Of a stretch of DNA of 64,000 nucleotides, positions 52,163 to 64,000 are shown one piece after another. Every line of letters begins with the position of its first letter. Position 1 is the first letter of the stretch. The position numbers and the translations under genes are program-made. Origin of the DNA: Octopus vulgaris. Lineage: Eukaryota. The stretch lies in NCBI GenBank assembly GCA_951406725.2, contig OX597815.1:116250001-116314000 (forward strand). Reading direction: 5' to 3'. The notes beneath the pieces were generated by a model. That model had not been told where the DNA came from and searched no databases. It saw only the letters and a program-made list of their open reading frames with translations.

Positions 52163-54676
52163 TATCATCATCATCATCATCATCATCATCGTTTAACGTC
52201 CGTTTTCCGCGCTAGCACGGGTTGGACGGTTCGACCGGGGTCTGGGAAGCCAGGGGCCGCTCCAGGCTCCAGTCTGATCTGGCAGAGTTTCTACGGCTGG
52301 ATGCCCTTCCTAACGCCAACCACTCCGTGAGTGGAGTGGGTGCTTTTACGTGCCACCTGCACAGGGGCCGGGGGGTCCGGCATCGGTCACGATCGGTTCG
52401 AGCTTTTAACGTGCCAGCGGCACGGGGGCAACGGGGTCTGGGGTACTTTGGGGATCCGGGGTACTTTGGGGATCCGGGGTACTTTGGGGATCCGGGGTAC
52501 TTTGAATGGGTAGGGGGTATGTGGAATTGCTGCAGAAAGCAGCCCGGGTCTTTGCAGTCACAGCATATCTCCAGAGATCTCGGTCCTTCGCCATTGCCTC
52601 AGTGAGGCCCAATGCTCTGAGGTCATGCTTGACTACCTCATCCCATGTCTTCCTGGGTCTACCTCTCCCCCTGATACCTTCAACTGTTTGGGAGTGGCAC
52701 TTCTTCACACATCTCTCTTCATCCATCCGCAGCACATGACCATACCATCGCAAGCGTCGCTCTTGCACACCACATCTGATGCTTCTTATATCCAGCATTT
52801 CTCTCAGGATGCTTACACTCTGTCTTGTGTGCACACTGACACTACACATCCAGCGGATCATGCTAGCTTCATTTCTTTCAAGTCTACGCATGTCCTCTGC
52901 AGTCACAGCCCATGTTTCATTACCGTGAAGCATGGCAGTTCGCACACATGCATCATACAATCTACCTTTCGCTCTGAGGGAGAGACCTTTTGTTGCCAGT
53001 AGGGGTAGGAGCTTTCTGAACTTTGCCCAGGCTATTCGTATTCTAGTGGTGATACTCTCTGTACATCCACCTCCGCTATTAACTTGGTCACCCAGGTAGC
53101 GGAAGCTATCAACTACTTCTAGTTTCTCTCCCTGGAGTGTGATGGAATCTGTTTTCTGAGTGTCTGTTGTGTCTATTGTCCCTGTGCATCTGCCGCACAT
53201 GAAAGCTATCTTATCTGTTAATTTCCCTTTAATGTTGCTGCACCTCTTATGTGTCCATAACTTACATTGGGTGCATCTTATGGAGTTTCTACCTGTACCT
53301 TTCCTACAGATTGAGCAGGGCCACCTACCCGAGGGGGTGTGTGCTGAGTATCTCTTGCTGCTTACTAATACTTTGGTCTTTGCTACATTTATTCTAAGGC
53401 CCTTTGATTCCAATCCTTGCTTCCACACCCGAAATTTCTCTTCTAGTTCCGGTAGTGATTCTGCTATGAGAGCTAGGTCATCGGCATAGAGGAGCTCCCA
53501 GGGGCATCCCGTTTTGAATTCCTCTGTTATTGCCTGAAGGACTATGATGAATAAAAGGGGACTGAGGGCTGAGCCCTGGTGCACACCTACTTCTACCCGG
53601 AATTCTTCACTATATTCGTTGCCAATCCTAACCTTGCTGACAGCCTCTCTGTATAGAGCCTGTACAGCCCTTATTAGCCATTCTTCAATCTCCAGTTTCC
53701 GCATCGACCACCAGATAAGGGAACGGGGAACCCTGTCAAAGGCTTTCTCCAAGTCTACAAAAGCTATGTAGAGGGGTTTATCTTTAGCTAGGTACTTCTC
53801 CTGCAGTTGTCAGACCAGGAATATAGCGTCAGTGGTGCTTCTACCTGGTACAAAACCGAACTGCATTTCATCTAAACAAATTCTCTCCCTAATGAGATGG
53901 GTTATGACCTTCTCTGAGACCTTCATCACCTGGTCCAACAGTTTGATACCTCTGTAGTTATTTCTATCTAGAGCATCACCCTTACCCTTGTAGCAGTTGA
54001 CTATGGTGCTGCTGCACCAGTCATTGGGTATGACTCCATTGTGAACTACCTGGTTTACAATGCGGGTGACTATGGTATAGCCCACATAGCCAGCTGTTTT
54101 AAGCATCTCAGCAGTGATTCCTGATAGGCCAGGGGCTTTGCCTGGTTTCATATCCTTAATTGCCTTATCTACAAGGGAGCTGTCTATTCGGGTAGCTGGT
54201 CCCTCTACTGGGTCAACATTTGGCAGGCTCTCCTCCTCCCATTCATTCTCCTCATTCAGCAGTCTTTCATAATGGCTTCTCCAAGCCTCTTTCTTTTCAC
54301 TAGCAGTAAAAGCAAGTGCCCCATCATCCATGCGGACACATTTCTCTCCTATAACATCACTATTTTCTCTGACACACTGTCTGGCAATCCGAAATACTTC
54401 AGCTCTTTGATCCTCGCGTCGCTGGACATTGGCAAACTTCTTCTTTTCTGCTACATCTTTGGCTATGTATACCTGTCGTCCAGCCTCCCTTTTGGCTATC
54501 TGGTACAGTTCCCTGCTGCCCCCATCCTTCCAGGCTTTCCAGGCCCGTCTCTTTTCACAGATGGCTTTATCTACTGCACTATTCCACCACCACGTAATTC
54601 TAGGTCTGGAAGGGACTTTGCACCATCCACAGACTCGGTCTGTGGCACTCAGCAAGCTGTCCCGTAGGAATTCCCG
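52163..54676 (-). mobile_element. 5'-truncated RTE-clade LINE inserted in a (TA)n-rich tract
   Basis: RT ORF, 3' UTR and (GAT)n tail ending at about 52163, with TA-rich microsatellite on both sides. Confidence 0.97.
52406..54676 (-). pseudogene. RTE reverse transcriptase with a C4HC3 finger and a single in-frame stop
   Basis: KAPGLSG, NYRGIKLL, QFGF..GRST, DLEKAFD, GVHQGSALSP, YADD and FRYLG motifs. A TGA at 53810-53812 lies in FLV*QLQEK. Confidence 0.95.
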
Positions 54677-55067
54677 TGCATATATATACATACTTATATA
54701 TACACACATATATATATATATACATATATATACACATATATATATACATGTATATACTGTATATACTGTATGTATATATATTTATATATATGTGTATTTA
54801 TATATATATCTATACGTATATATATATATATGTGTGTGTATATATATGTTTATACATATATGTATGTATATATATGTGTGTGTGTGTGTATATATTTATA
54901 TATATATGTGTGTGTGTATATAAATATATATTTATATATATATATATATGTATGTATATATATAAATATATATTTATATATATACACACACACACACATA
55001 TATATATACATACATATATGTGTATATATATATATACATATATATATATATACATATATACGTAGAG

Positions 55068-55157
<90 letters not shown>

Positions 55158-55619
55158 ACAGTGTTGGTGACTCATGAAAAACAACATTCAAGCAAGGCCG
55201 TTGCCAGTGCCGCTGGACTGGATCCTGTGCAGGTGACATATAAAAAACACCATTTGAGTATGGCTATCACCAGTACTGCCTGACTAGCCCTCATGCTGGA
55301 GGTATGTAAAAAGCACCCACTACACTTTTGGAGTGGTTGGCCTTAGGAAGGGCATCCACCTGCAGAAACTCTGCCAGATCAGATTGGAGCCTGGTGCAGC
55401 CATCTGGCTTGCCAGTCCTCAGTCAAACCATCCAACCCATGCAAGCATGGAAAGCAGACGTTAAACAATGATGATGACAATGATGATGATATTGAGGTTT
55501 ATGTCTATGTATTTTGAAAATATGGATGCGTGCATTTTTTATCCTTTTTCTTCTTTTCATTTTCTACCTATTATAGTACCTACCCTTTTATTCAACGGTT
55601 TTTTTATAGCATCTGCTGC

Positions 55620-55687
55620 CATTAATAGCTGACGAGAATGTATCATAGCTCTTGACTCCTACATTCGAAATTCCAAGTACTATAATG
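55620..55687 (+). ncRNA. Type I hammerhead ribozyme, canonical core
   Basis: CAUUaAUAG CUGACGA GAAUGUA-(17 nt)-UACAUUC GAAA UUCCAAG UA CUAUAAUG. Predicted cleavage after 55679. Confidence 0.8.
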
Positions 55688-55775
55688 ACAACTTTTTACT
55701 GTCTGTTCTGAATTACAACATGTATAAATATTCCTCTATTTATCTGATATGGCAGTTACATTCTTTTGTTGCTAC

Positions 55776-55808
<33 letters not shown>

Positions 55809-57639
55809 GTGTGTGTGTGTGTGTATGAGTGTGTGTGTGTGGTGTGTGCCGGTGACACTTAAAAAGTACTTTTCAAGCATTGGGCATCATGGAGGCAATG
55901 TGGCCAATACTAAGGGTACATGAAAAGCTCCTTTTGAGTGTTAGACCTCACAAAGGCAATGACCGAGACCTTTGGCATTATGTTGTACTTGAGAAGATGA
56001 TCCATTAAACCAAGTAAAATTGTAGTTGTGGCAGATACCAGTGTCATGCAAATGGCACCCATGCTAGTGGCATGTAAAAACATCCATTACACTCTGAGAG
56101 TGGTTGGCATTAGGAAGGACATCCAGCCATAGAAATCATGCCAAATCAAACTGGGGCCTGGTGCAGCCTTCCAGCTTGCCAGCACTGGTCAAACCGTCCA
56201 ACTCATCCCAGCATAGACAACGGGTGCTAAATCATGGTGATGATGATGATGATATATACACATATATATATATAAGTATACACATATAAATATATATGTT
56301 TTTGTGTGTCTTCATATCAGTATTTGTCACTCCACTTTACTTGACACTGATTTACATCCTCATAAGTAAACAGTTTAGCAAAAGAGATTACTAGAATAAA
56401 TACAAGACTTAAAAGATAGGTACTGGGGTTGCTTTGTACAACAAAACCATTGAAGGTGGCACCCCCAAGCACAGGTGCAGTTCAATGACTGAAACAAGTA
56501 AAAAAATAAAAGCTAAAAGGTGTGTGTGTGCATATATATATATATATATATATTATATAATTTCAAAGATTCAAGAGAATCAAGTACTTAAATAGTGTAA
56601 GGATCAAGGTCAGGTCAGTGATAATGTTATTGTGTACAAACAACATTTAAGGACAAATAAATATGTATGTGCTTACTAAAGTGGACATGGATTTGTATCC
56701 CAGTTGTTTGTACAATCACAAATGGCCAACTGAATACATGAGTCATCAAGGTCACATATGGGTATACTCTCACTGCACCTATCGCACCACACTCAATAGA
56801 CTCGAGATCCAAATAAATTGTAGGTTCTGAGTTAGAGGAGAGATAAACAAATAACAGATGGATTGTGGTTCACTACAGTTGTTTCAAATGTGCATTTTTT
56901 ATTGATGAGCAGGTTCGATAATAGAACCCCTGGAAGGGATCCTTTTATCTACTACATATAACTAATATATTTTATTTAAACACCCAAAGGAAATTAACCC
57001 ATAGCACCTGCACTTACAATTGTCAGTTTTTAGCGAAGCGATCAATATTTGATTGTCATGATCAGCAGACTTAATTCTGCATTTTACTACTCACTGTTTT
57101 GAACCGCTAAACCTTATTATTGCACTTTCTTGATTTGAATCTTAAACCTTAAAGACTTCATTTATACATTTATATACTTACTTTTTTGTGCTTATATATA
57201 CACTACATTTATATACTAGCTTTAATAAAATAGCCTTGATAAAGTTAACCTTTAAAATGCCACGATGAGTAAAAATATGAATGGGTACTTCTACTTCACA
57301 AGCTGCTCTAATGCAACAATGGTGATCTCAAGCAAATCTCTGATTCATTATGTTTGATATTTACTAAATCAAACAATTATTCTTCCTCTATGCTACTTCA
57401 GTACCTAAACAGTTATATACATATTGCTGTAATGAATTTAGACATAGGATTAATAGACATTTTTTCAACATCTCCAAGTAACTAAATACTGGCAATACAT
57501 GCAGGGTTTTCAATTAAATTTGATTACACTTTGAATGCCCATAACTCTGATAATTCTGCATTTTTCCAGTTAAACTTTTTCAATGACAGTAGATAAATTT
57601 TTGATTCCGGAACGTATTTAATAAGTGTGTCCCAATCCT

Positions 57640-58850
57640 GCTTTTTCTGATGAACAGCTCTTTGTCAGGTACTCTAGAGTTGGAAATATGGAAAATTTAT
57701 TCATCTATGCACCCAACAGCAAAACCAAAAACATTGTGTACCACGAAGCCCTACAAGACTGAAATTTTGGAACAAAGATGCCTCTCCCTTCGATAACCTC
57801 TCTGGCCAAACTCTGACAACCTCTCTCACCAAACTCCCACAAAACATCCCAAGTATAACCAACCGAAATTGCAAAGATAATCTGGAACTCAACTGAGGAT
57901 AGAAAACTCCGAATGACCTGTCCTTATTTTCCTTGTATCGTCTGTCTGGATGTTTTGTTGTCCCTTTTTTGTATCACCAAACTGTCTGGATGTTTTGCGT
58001 TCTTGTCCCATTTTTGTATTTTTTATATATAAAATATAGCAGCGTACATACACTTTGGTCTTTTATATGTAAGCATATTTATATCTAAATTTTGTACAAC
58101 TCTATTATTCTTTGTATTCTTTCATTGTTTCCTTCTTTCTATCAGCCCTTTCACACTTCATTCATTCCACTCTTCATTCTTTCATTCCCCTTCTCTCACA
58201 TTTCCTGGCCTTCTCTTCAAGCTCACTTTCCTTCTTTCACTTCACTGCATCTCTTTCATTTTTTTTCTCACCCCTCCTTAATTCTTCTATCCCTCTGCTT
58301 CTACCTCTCTCTCTTCTCTCCCCCATGTGACCAGTGTTCGGCCAAGCCTGACCATTATTTTTTTGGATCGACTACCATCTATGCAACATCTATATTCCTC
58401 CCTGTGCCTGTTAAATCTTATGCCCTTACCGTAAGGCTTTACTTCCACACATGCCATCTTAAATTAATTTGTCCATAGTTGAAAGACACCTGTTATGTCC
58501 TGTTAATTGCATTTGTATTTGTGTAACATTTCTCAGTTTTTTTTCCATCCTTGTCATCATGTACATTCACTGCTTTCTTCCAAGGAATCTACTGTTCTTA
58601 ACTTATTTTTTCCTTGGGGCTGGTTAGATTGATGCAATCTTGATTATAACCAACTAAAATTGCAAAGATAATCTGGAACTTGACTGAGGATAGAAAACTC
58701 CGAATGACCCATCCTTGTTTTCCTTGTATCATCTGTCTGGATGTTTTGTTGTCCCTTTTTTATGTCACCTAACTGTCTGGATATTTTGCGTTCTTGTCCC
58801 ATTTTAAAATTTTTTTATATATAAAATACAGCAGTGTATGTACACTTTTA
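57640..58850 (+). mobile_element. Penelope-like relic with direct pLTR-type repeats
   Basis: Direct repeats of about 200 bp at 57855-58056 and 58646-58848. Same family as 11265-11697. Confidence 0.65.
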
Positions 58851-58870
58851 TGTACATATATATATATATA

Positions 58871-59423
58871 TGGTGGCTGCCCCCCGGTATCGAGTATGGC
58901 CATTGCACAAAGCTTAATCAATGTTGTTATCATGCAATGCCTGTGCAAGAAGATTTGTTTTAAAGTGAGGAAAGGCTGTGCACTGAGTCAATCCCACTCA
59001 CTAAGCAACAGCAGCCATAATCCGAAACGAAGAACAAGTCAACATCATCGGTAAACACTGAGCTGCAGGTTTTATATCGGAGTTATCCCAGTTACCTGAG
59101 TTACCTTCTCCTAGAAGGATGTCCTAACAAAGGCTAGGAGTCCTTCACTCCCAATGGTTTAACCGTGCAATCGGGTATTCAGTCCGATTATTTCTATGTC
59201 TCCGCGCATGATACAGCCTTAAGACATTTATTGGATGGTCGTTGACTCTCAAGAGTTCCTCCACCCTTTGACGGGTTTTGTTTTTCATCCCGCAGGGTGT
59301 CCAATAAACACCCTCCTCACCAAGCAAGCTTGGTGGGGTTGCCGGTTTAGTCACCAATGACCTGACCATGCAACAGGTTGTACTGGGTTACATGTTACCA
59401 GTAGCACTTGAAAGTGACCTGAC
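58871..59423 (-). mobile_element. RTE-derived non-autonomous element (5' UTR-like) within (TA)n
   Basis: The minus-strand ...CCTTTGTTAGGACATCCTTCTAGGAGAAGGTAACTC resembles the conserved RTE/BovB 5' UTR motif. It is flanked by (TA)n. Confidence 0.5.
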
Positions 59424-59465
<42 letters not shown>

Positions 59466-59583
59466 TATACACATACATATATATATGTATGTATATATAT
59501 ATATATATATTATATATATATATATGTATATATATATACATACATATACATACATATATATATACATATACATACATATATAT

Positions 59584-59645
<62 letters not shown>

Positions 59646-61686
59646 ATATATATATATACATATATACATTATTTTTTTACATATAAAAATTAATGTACAT
59701 TTAAACACAAAAGAGGTGAGCCTTAACAGGTCACCTTACATACTTGAAGGAACAGTCAAAAAGTCCAAACCACAGTTAAGAGCAATTTCTAAGGGAATAA
59801 AAATGTTTTTAGTTTTCATTCCCTTACAAATGTCTTGTTTCCATAAGTTTTTAATTAAAATCTTCCACCAAACCTTAGTCACAATTTATATTCCTAACAC
59901 TAGCTAATTAAGTTATTTTACTAAATTCTTTGTTATATTTAAAGTAATTGAAAGAAACACAGAGCATCTCAAAATAAATATGGTAAGGAAAGGGTTAAGG
60001 CGAAGGTGGTAAGCTGGTAGGATTGTTAGCATGTCAGGAAAATGCTTAGTGGAATTTTATCCGTCTTTACATTCTGGGTTCAAATGCCACTGGAGTTAAC
60101 TTTGCCTTTCATCCTTTTGGGGTCAATAAAGTAAGTAACAATTGAACACTGGGGTTAATTGAATTGATTTAGCCCCTCCCTTGAAAGAGCTGGCCACGTA
60201 CCAAAATATGAAACCAACATATAAGTTAAAGTGGCAAGGAAACAGAATCATTACTGCACCAGAGAAAATGCTTAGCAGCATTTCTTCCAGCTTTACATTC
60301 TGAGTTCAAATGCCGCTGGGCTCAACTTTGCCTTTCATCCTTTTGGGGTCAATAAAATAAGTAGCAGTTGAACACTGGGATCAATGTAATCCACTTACCT
60401 CCTTTCCCTGACGTTTCTGGCCTTGTGCCAAAATTTGAAGCCAAAATTAACATATAAGCTTTAAGAAAGCAAGAACACATTTTCATTAATCACCAGTCTT
60501 TTTATGAAAAAAATACATACAAATCTTATGCTAATCATTACCAATTGAGAAACTGTGATACTCATAACTTATCTAAAAGCCACAGTGATACAAAAGAAAT
60601 GATTATGATTAAAAAATCAAAATTAAATTCCTTATTTAGTTTCTCTAGTGTTTACTTCTGCATGACATTGCTTTCCAAAATAACAGAGATACATACATAC
60701 ATACATACATAAATACATACATACAGATATAGATATGCTAAGCTTCTGGACACTTTGTGTATACATGTATGAATGAATATGTGTATACATGTGTGTGAGT
60801 GAGCACGTGCATGTGTGTGTGTGTGTGTGTGTGCTTATACATGCATTTGAGTATATGAGGAACAGATTTTATTTTAGACATGCTGTGTTGAAAATATGCC
60901 AGTGTTCTGATATAATCACTTTATTAATTTATTACGTATATGTATATCAGACCCTTATAGTACTCAAAATCATGTTTATCAACATTTCTAGTCTATCTCA
61001 GCCTTATCTTCAGGATGTTGGTTTTTTTTTTCTTTCTGTGCTACTCTTTTTATAGTGCTAAGATTAAACATAATCCACTCACTATAAAAAGGGTAGCAGA
61101 GGAGCCAAAACTATTTCACATCCTAAAAATGAGTTTGAGATAAGCTAGAAGCATTGATAAAGAGGAATTTAAGAACTTTATTATTCAAACAAACTATAAA
61201 GGTCTGATACACAGATATGAGGAAACAAAAGAAAAAACTTGATTAATTTAGAACATAGCTGCATTTCCAATACGACATATATCATCATCATCATCATCAT
61301 CATCATTTACTGTCTACTTTTCCATGCTTGCATGGATCAGACAAGATATCTTGGGACAGAATTTCTACAACCAAACACCCTTTCTGGTTCCAACTTTCAT
61401 CTGTTTCCAAGCAAAACTATAATTCCCCAATCTATTGAACAATGAACAGTTTGAACATAATTGTGTGGAGAACTGGAATCAAATGACACTATATGGATGT
61501 GCCTCTGTTTACAAAGATCATTCAATATGTCAAGAAACCTGGGCATGTTTTTGAGGTGGATTGCAAGCAAGAAAGAACAGTGATGCTTTTGTTGCACAAA
61601 CAGCAAACACATGTCAAGAGAAGGAAAACATGAACTCACTCACACAAACATACACTTGCACATTATATATATATAGAGAGAGAGAG

Positions 61687-61721
<35 letters not shown>

Positions 61722-61722
61722 G

Positions 61723-61757
<35 letters not shown>

Positions 61758-62232
61758 AAGATATAGATATAGATATGATCGATGCCAGGCCCGCCTGACT
61801 ATGCCAGTGGCACGTAAAAAGCACCCACTACACTCTCAGAGTGGTTGGTGTTAGGAAGGGCATCTAGATCAGATTGGAGCCTGGTGCTGCCACTGGCTCT
61901 CCAAACCTCAGTCAAACCGTCCAACCCATGCCAGCATGGAAAATGGACGTTAAACAACGATGATGATGATTATATATATATATATATATATGGCACATAA
62001 AAAGCACCATTTGAGATTGGACAATGCCAGTGTTGCCTGACTGGCCCCCATGCTGGTGGCACATAAAAAGCACCCACTACATTCTCAAAGTGGTTGGTAT
62101 TAGGAAGGGCATCCAGCTGTAGAAACCTTGCTAGATCAGATTGGAGCCTGGTGCAGCCTGGCTTGCTAGTTCTCAGTCAAATGATCCAACCCATGCCAGC
62201 ATGGAAAATGGTTGTTAAACGATTATGATGTT

Positions 62233-62330
<98 letters not shown>

Positions 62331-62795
62331 GATATACACTCACACACACATGTGCGTGTGTGTATGTTTATGTATATACCATATGTGTATCTGTATTTGT
62401 TTCCCCCATCCCCATTATACAATTGGTTTGTTTATACCCTATAATTTAGTAGTATGGCAAATAAAGACTGTAACCAGAGTTAAAAACATAAGTGCTGGGC
62501 TTGATTTGATTGATTAAACCACTCAAGATGGTGCTCCAGCATGGCCACAGTCAACTGGCTGAAACCAATAAAAGAGTAAAGTTCTTTTCTTTTAATTCTT
62601 TCACTTACACTTATTTGACTGGTGCCATGATAAGGCCCCACCAGGAAAAGTTTGAATTGATTAAATTGTTCCCATTATTTATTGTAACTTTGGTCCTTAT
62701 TCTGTCAAGCTCTTTTTGCTAAGCTGCTAAATTTTGGGAAAGCAAACAAACCGACACAGGTTGTCAAGCAACAGGAGAAAATCACAGTCACACAG

Positions 62796-62829
<34 letters not shown>

Positions 62830-63239
62830 CACATACATAATACATATACATATATATATATATATGTATATACATAGATATACATATAGATATACACATA
62901 TTTATACATTCACACATATACACATACATATCTATCTATCTATATGATGGACTCTCCCATCATTAGATCACATATGAGGGTTCAACAATTTCTTGCTGAA
63001 CAACCACACAGATGATTTGTTGAAATGATTGTTGAGCAACATGAAATGAAGTGCTTTGCTCCAGAATACAGCGCAATGCCCGGTCTGGGAATCGAACCCA
63101 TGATCACACAATCGTGAGTGCAACACCTTAACTACTAAGCCACGTGCCTTCACATCTGTATATATAATATATTAACCAGCATGAAGCAATCTGAAGAATA
63201 GTCTGTTTTTTATGCTACAGCACAATTATATATATGGGT

Positions 63240-64000
63240 GTGTTAAAATTTACAGAAAAACAAAAGACGAAGACAGGCATAAGAACGACAAGCAGATGTA
63301 TTAGTTTGACACTCAGGAAAGTGAGAAAGTCTTTTACATTTCGAGCCTATGTTCCTCAACAGAAAGGAATGATAGAAAATAAACAGAGAGAGAATAAAAA
63401 AAATTGTGGATTTAGAGAACAGGCATGGCAGCTGGTTGGGAAAAAATTTTTGACAGGAAAGGTAGAAAGAAGGGGAGATAATAAAGTATTGGTGATCTCA
63501 AAACAAAGCTGTACATGCATGTGAGAATGTGTAAGTGTGTGTGTGTGTGTGTGGATAGGGGCTGGTAACTTTGATGTGTGGATGCATGTGCATTTGTAAT
63601 GTGTGGGTGTGTGGTAATGTGTGGGTGTGCAGATGGTGATGTGTGGTGTGGGTGCTGGGAAGTGGTTAGTGCTAGTGTGTGGAGTGGTGTGGGGTGATGT
63701 GACATGGCGGTGTGTGATGTGGGGTGGGGTGAAGATGTGGAAGTGGGGGTAAGGGTGGGGCATGTAGGAATGGGATGTATGGGGGTGGGGTGGATGGAGG
63801 AGAGTATCAATGAGGAGAGAAAGTGGGTAGGAGTGAAGAGAGGAAGTAGGTGACAGAGCAAGAGAGGAGAGGATGGGAGTCAGATGAAGAGAGGAGGGGA
63901 GTTGAGCAAACGAGCAAAGAGAGAAGATTAATTCCTGTTCACGGCAAAGGCAGGAGTCTGGATGGCCACTGTGCAAAGACAATCTGAGCACAGACAGGTG
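63240..64000 (-). mobile_element. Penelope-like element 3' end (GIY-YIG C-terminus and degenerate hammerhead at 63331-63366)
   Basis: LSLHSGHPDSCLCREQELIFSL. Minus strand CUUU CUGUUGA ggaacauaggcuc GAAA UG UA AAAG. The terminus is shared with 30035-30115. Confidence 0.7.

Overview
AT-rich eukaryotic DNA dominated by repeats. The SINE types, RTE tails and very dense microsatellites point to a coleoid cephalopod, probably Octopus (inference from recognised repeat patterns; no database search was run). No intact host gene is identifiable, and nearly all ORFs in the supplied track are microsatellite translations. Supported content: three mariner (DD34D) relics, a deleted Tc1, several MITE/Helitron-like elements, a 5'-truncated RTE LINE with one in-frame stop and a C4HC3 PHD-like finger, older RTE/CR1-like fragments, Penelope-like (PLE, GIY-YIG) fragments and dozens of tRNA-derived SINEs. 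Main observations: (1) several unrelated type I hammerhead ribozyme motifs, one with a fully canonical core (55620-55687) and one inside a 524-bp direct-repeat plus fold-back unit resembling a retrozyme or non-autonomous PLE (30149-30919); (2) a young element with 179-bp TIRs, GGG/CCC ends and a 6-bp TSD inserted next to a hammerhead; (3) an apparent switch from CpG-retaining to CpG-decayed repeats near 37.4 kb, suggesting a methylated gene body, with a candidate minus-strand terminal exon at 40800-40874. SINE and degenerate-fragment boundaries are approximate.
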